Source: an uncultured virus (IMG/VR IMGVR_UViG_3300035698_029469) (lineage: Duplodnaviria; Heunggongvirae; Uroviricota; Caudoviricetes). From it: a stretch of 64,000 nucleotides of DNA. The stretch lies in the IMG/VR virus record IMGVR_UViG_3300035698_029469, one strand, 5' to 3'. Of the stretch, positions 63,898 through 64,000 are shown piece after piece. The stretch's first letter is position 1. Every line of letters starts with the position of its first letter. The position numbers and the translations under genes are program-made. The notes beneath the pieces are model-generated. The model did not search any database. It saw only the letters and a program-made list of their open reading frames with translations, and had not been told where the DNA came from.

Positions 63898-64000
63898 ATG
63901 GACGATATAACATTAAATAATACTTCTGAAATTACAGAGCAAGCTTCAAATGGTTCTATTGATCTCATGGAATTTTTATGTTGTTCCTACGTGAATCAAA
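63898..64000 (+). CDS. Partial ORF running off the window
   Basis: GGAG SD; MDDITLNNTSE... Confidence 0.4.
   Translation, partial: MDDITLNNTSEITEQASNGSIDLMEFLCCSYVNQ

Noticed and set aside
1..64000. Alternative genetic code; apparent CCGG/GCCG enrichment
   Set aside because: Genes tile densely with all three standard stops. The k-mer bias is only an impression and needs a Markov-model count.

Overview
This 64-kb window is a large piece of an AT-rich tailed archaeal virus genome (Caudoviricetes, contractile tail). Archaeal-host evidence: TATA-type promoters, GGAGGTGA-type SD sites, an ERCC4 nuclease, a PriL-like Fe-S primase domain, NAC-type UBA domains, an intron-containing tRNA and a PIP-box peptide. 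Layout: (1) 1-21.5 kb (+): beta-helix adhesins, neck, sheath, tube, chaperone with a predicted +1 frameshift, short tape measure, hub-spike fusion and baseplate. (2) 21.5-35.2 kb (-): recombination/replication and accessory genes (ASCH, wHTH, ERCC4, PriL-like, RlmN remnant, Cas4-like exonuclease, RecA/Sak4-like ATPase, probable SSB). (3) 35.4-43.1 kb (+): small accessory genes. (4) 44.2-45.9 kb: D5/P4-type SF3 helicase, followed by an iteron-bearing putative origin and a repeat-rich non-coding zone. (5) 48-59.2 kb: divergent arrays of small ORFs joined by stereotyped linkers. (6) 59.2-60.2 kb (-): RNA cluster with three tRNA-Arg, a two-insert tRNA-Met, three tRNA-like RNAs with non-decoding anticodon arms and a pseudoknotted ncRNA. 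(7) Terminase large subunit (-). No integrase, DNA polymerase, capsid, portal or CRISPR array was recognised. The strongest novelty candidates are a C-terminal motif shared by 6-7 unrelated accessory proteins, the tRNA-mimic/pseudoknot cluster, a 24-aa PIP-box micropeptide and a circularly permuted P-loop kinase. All calls come from reading motifs by eye; no database searches were run.
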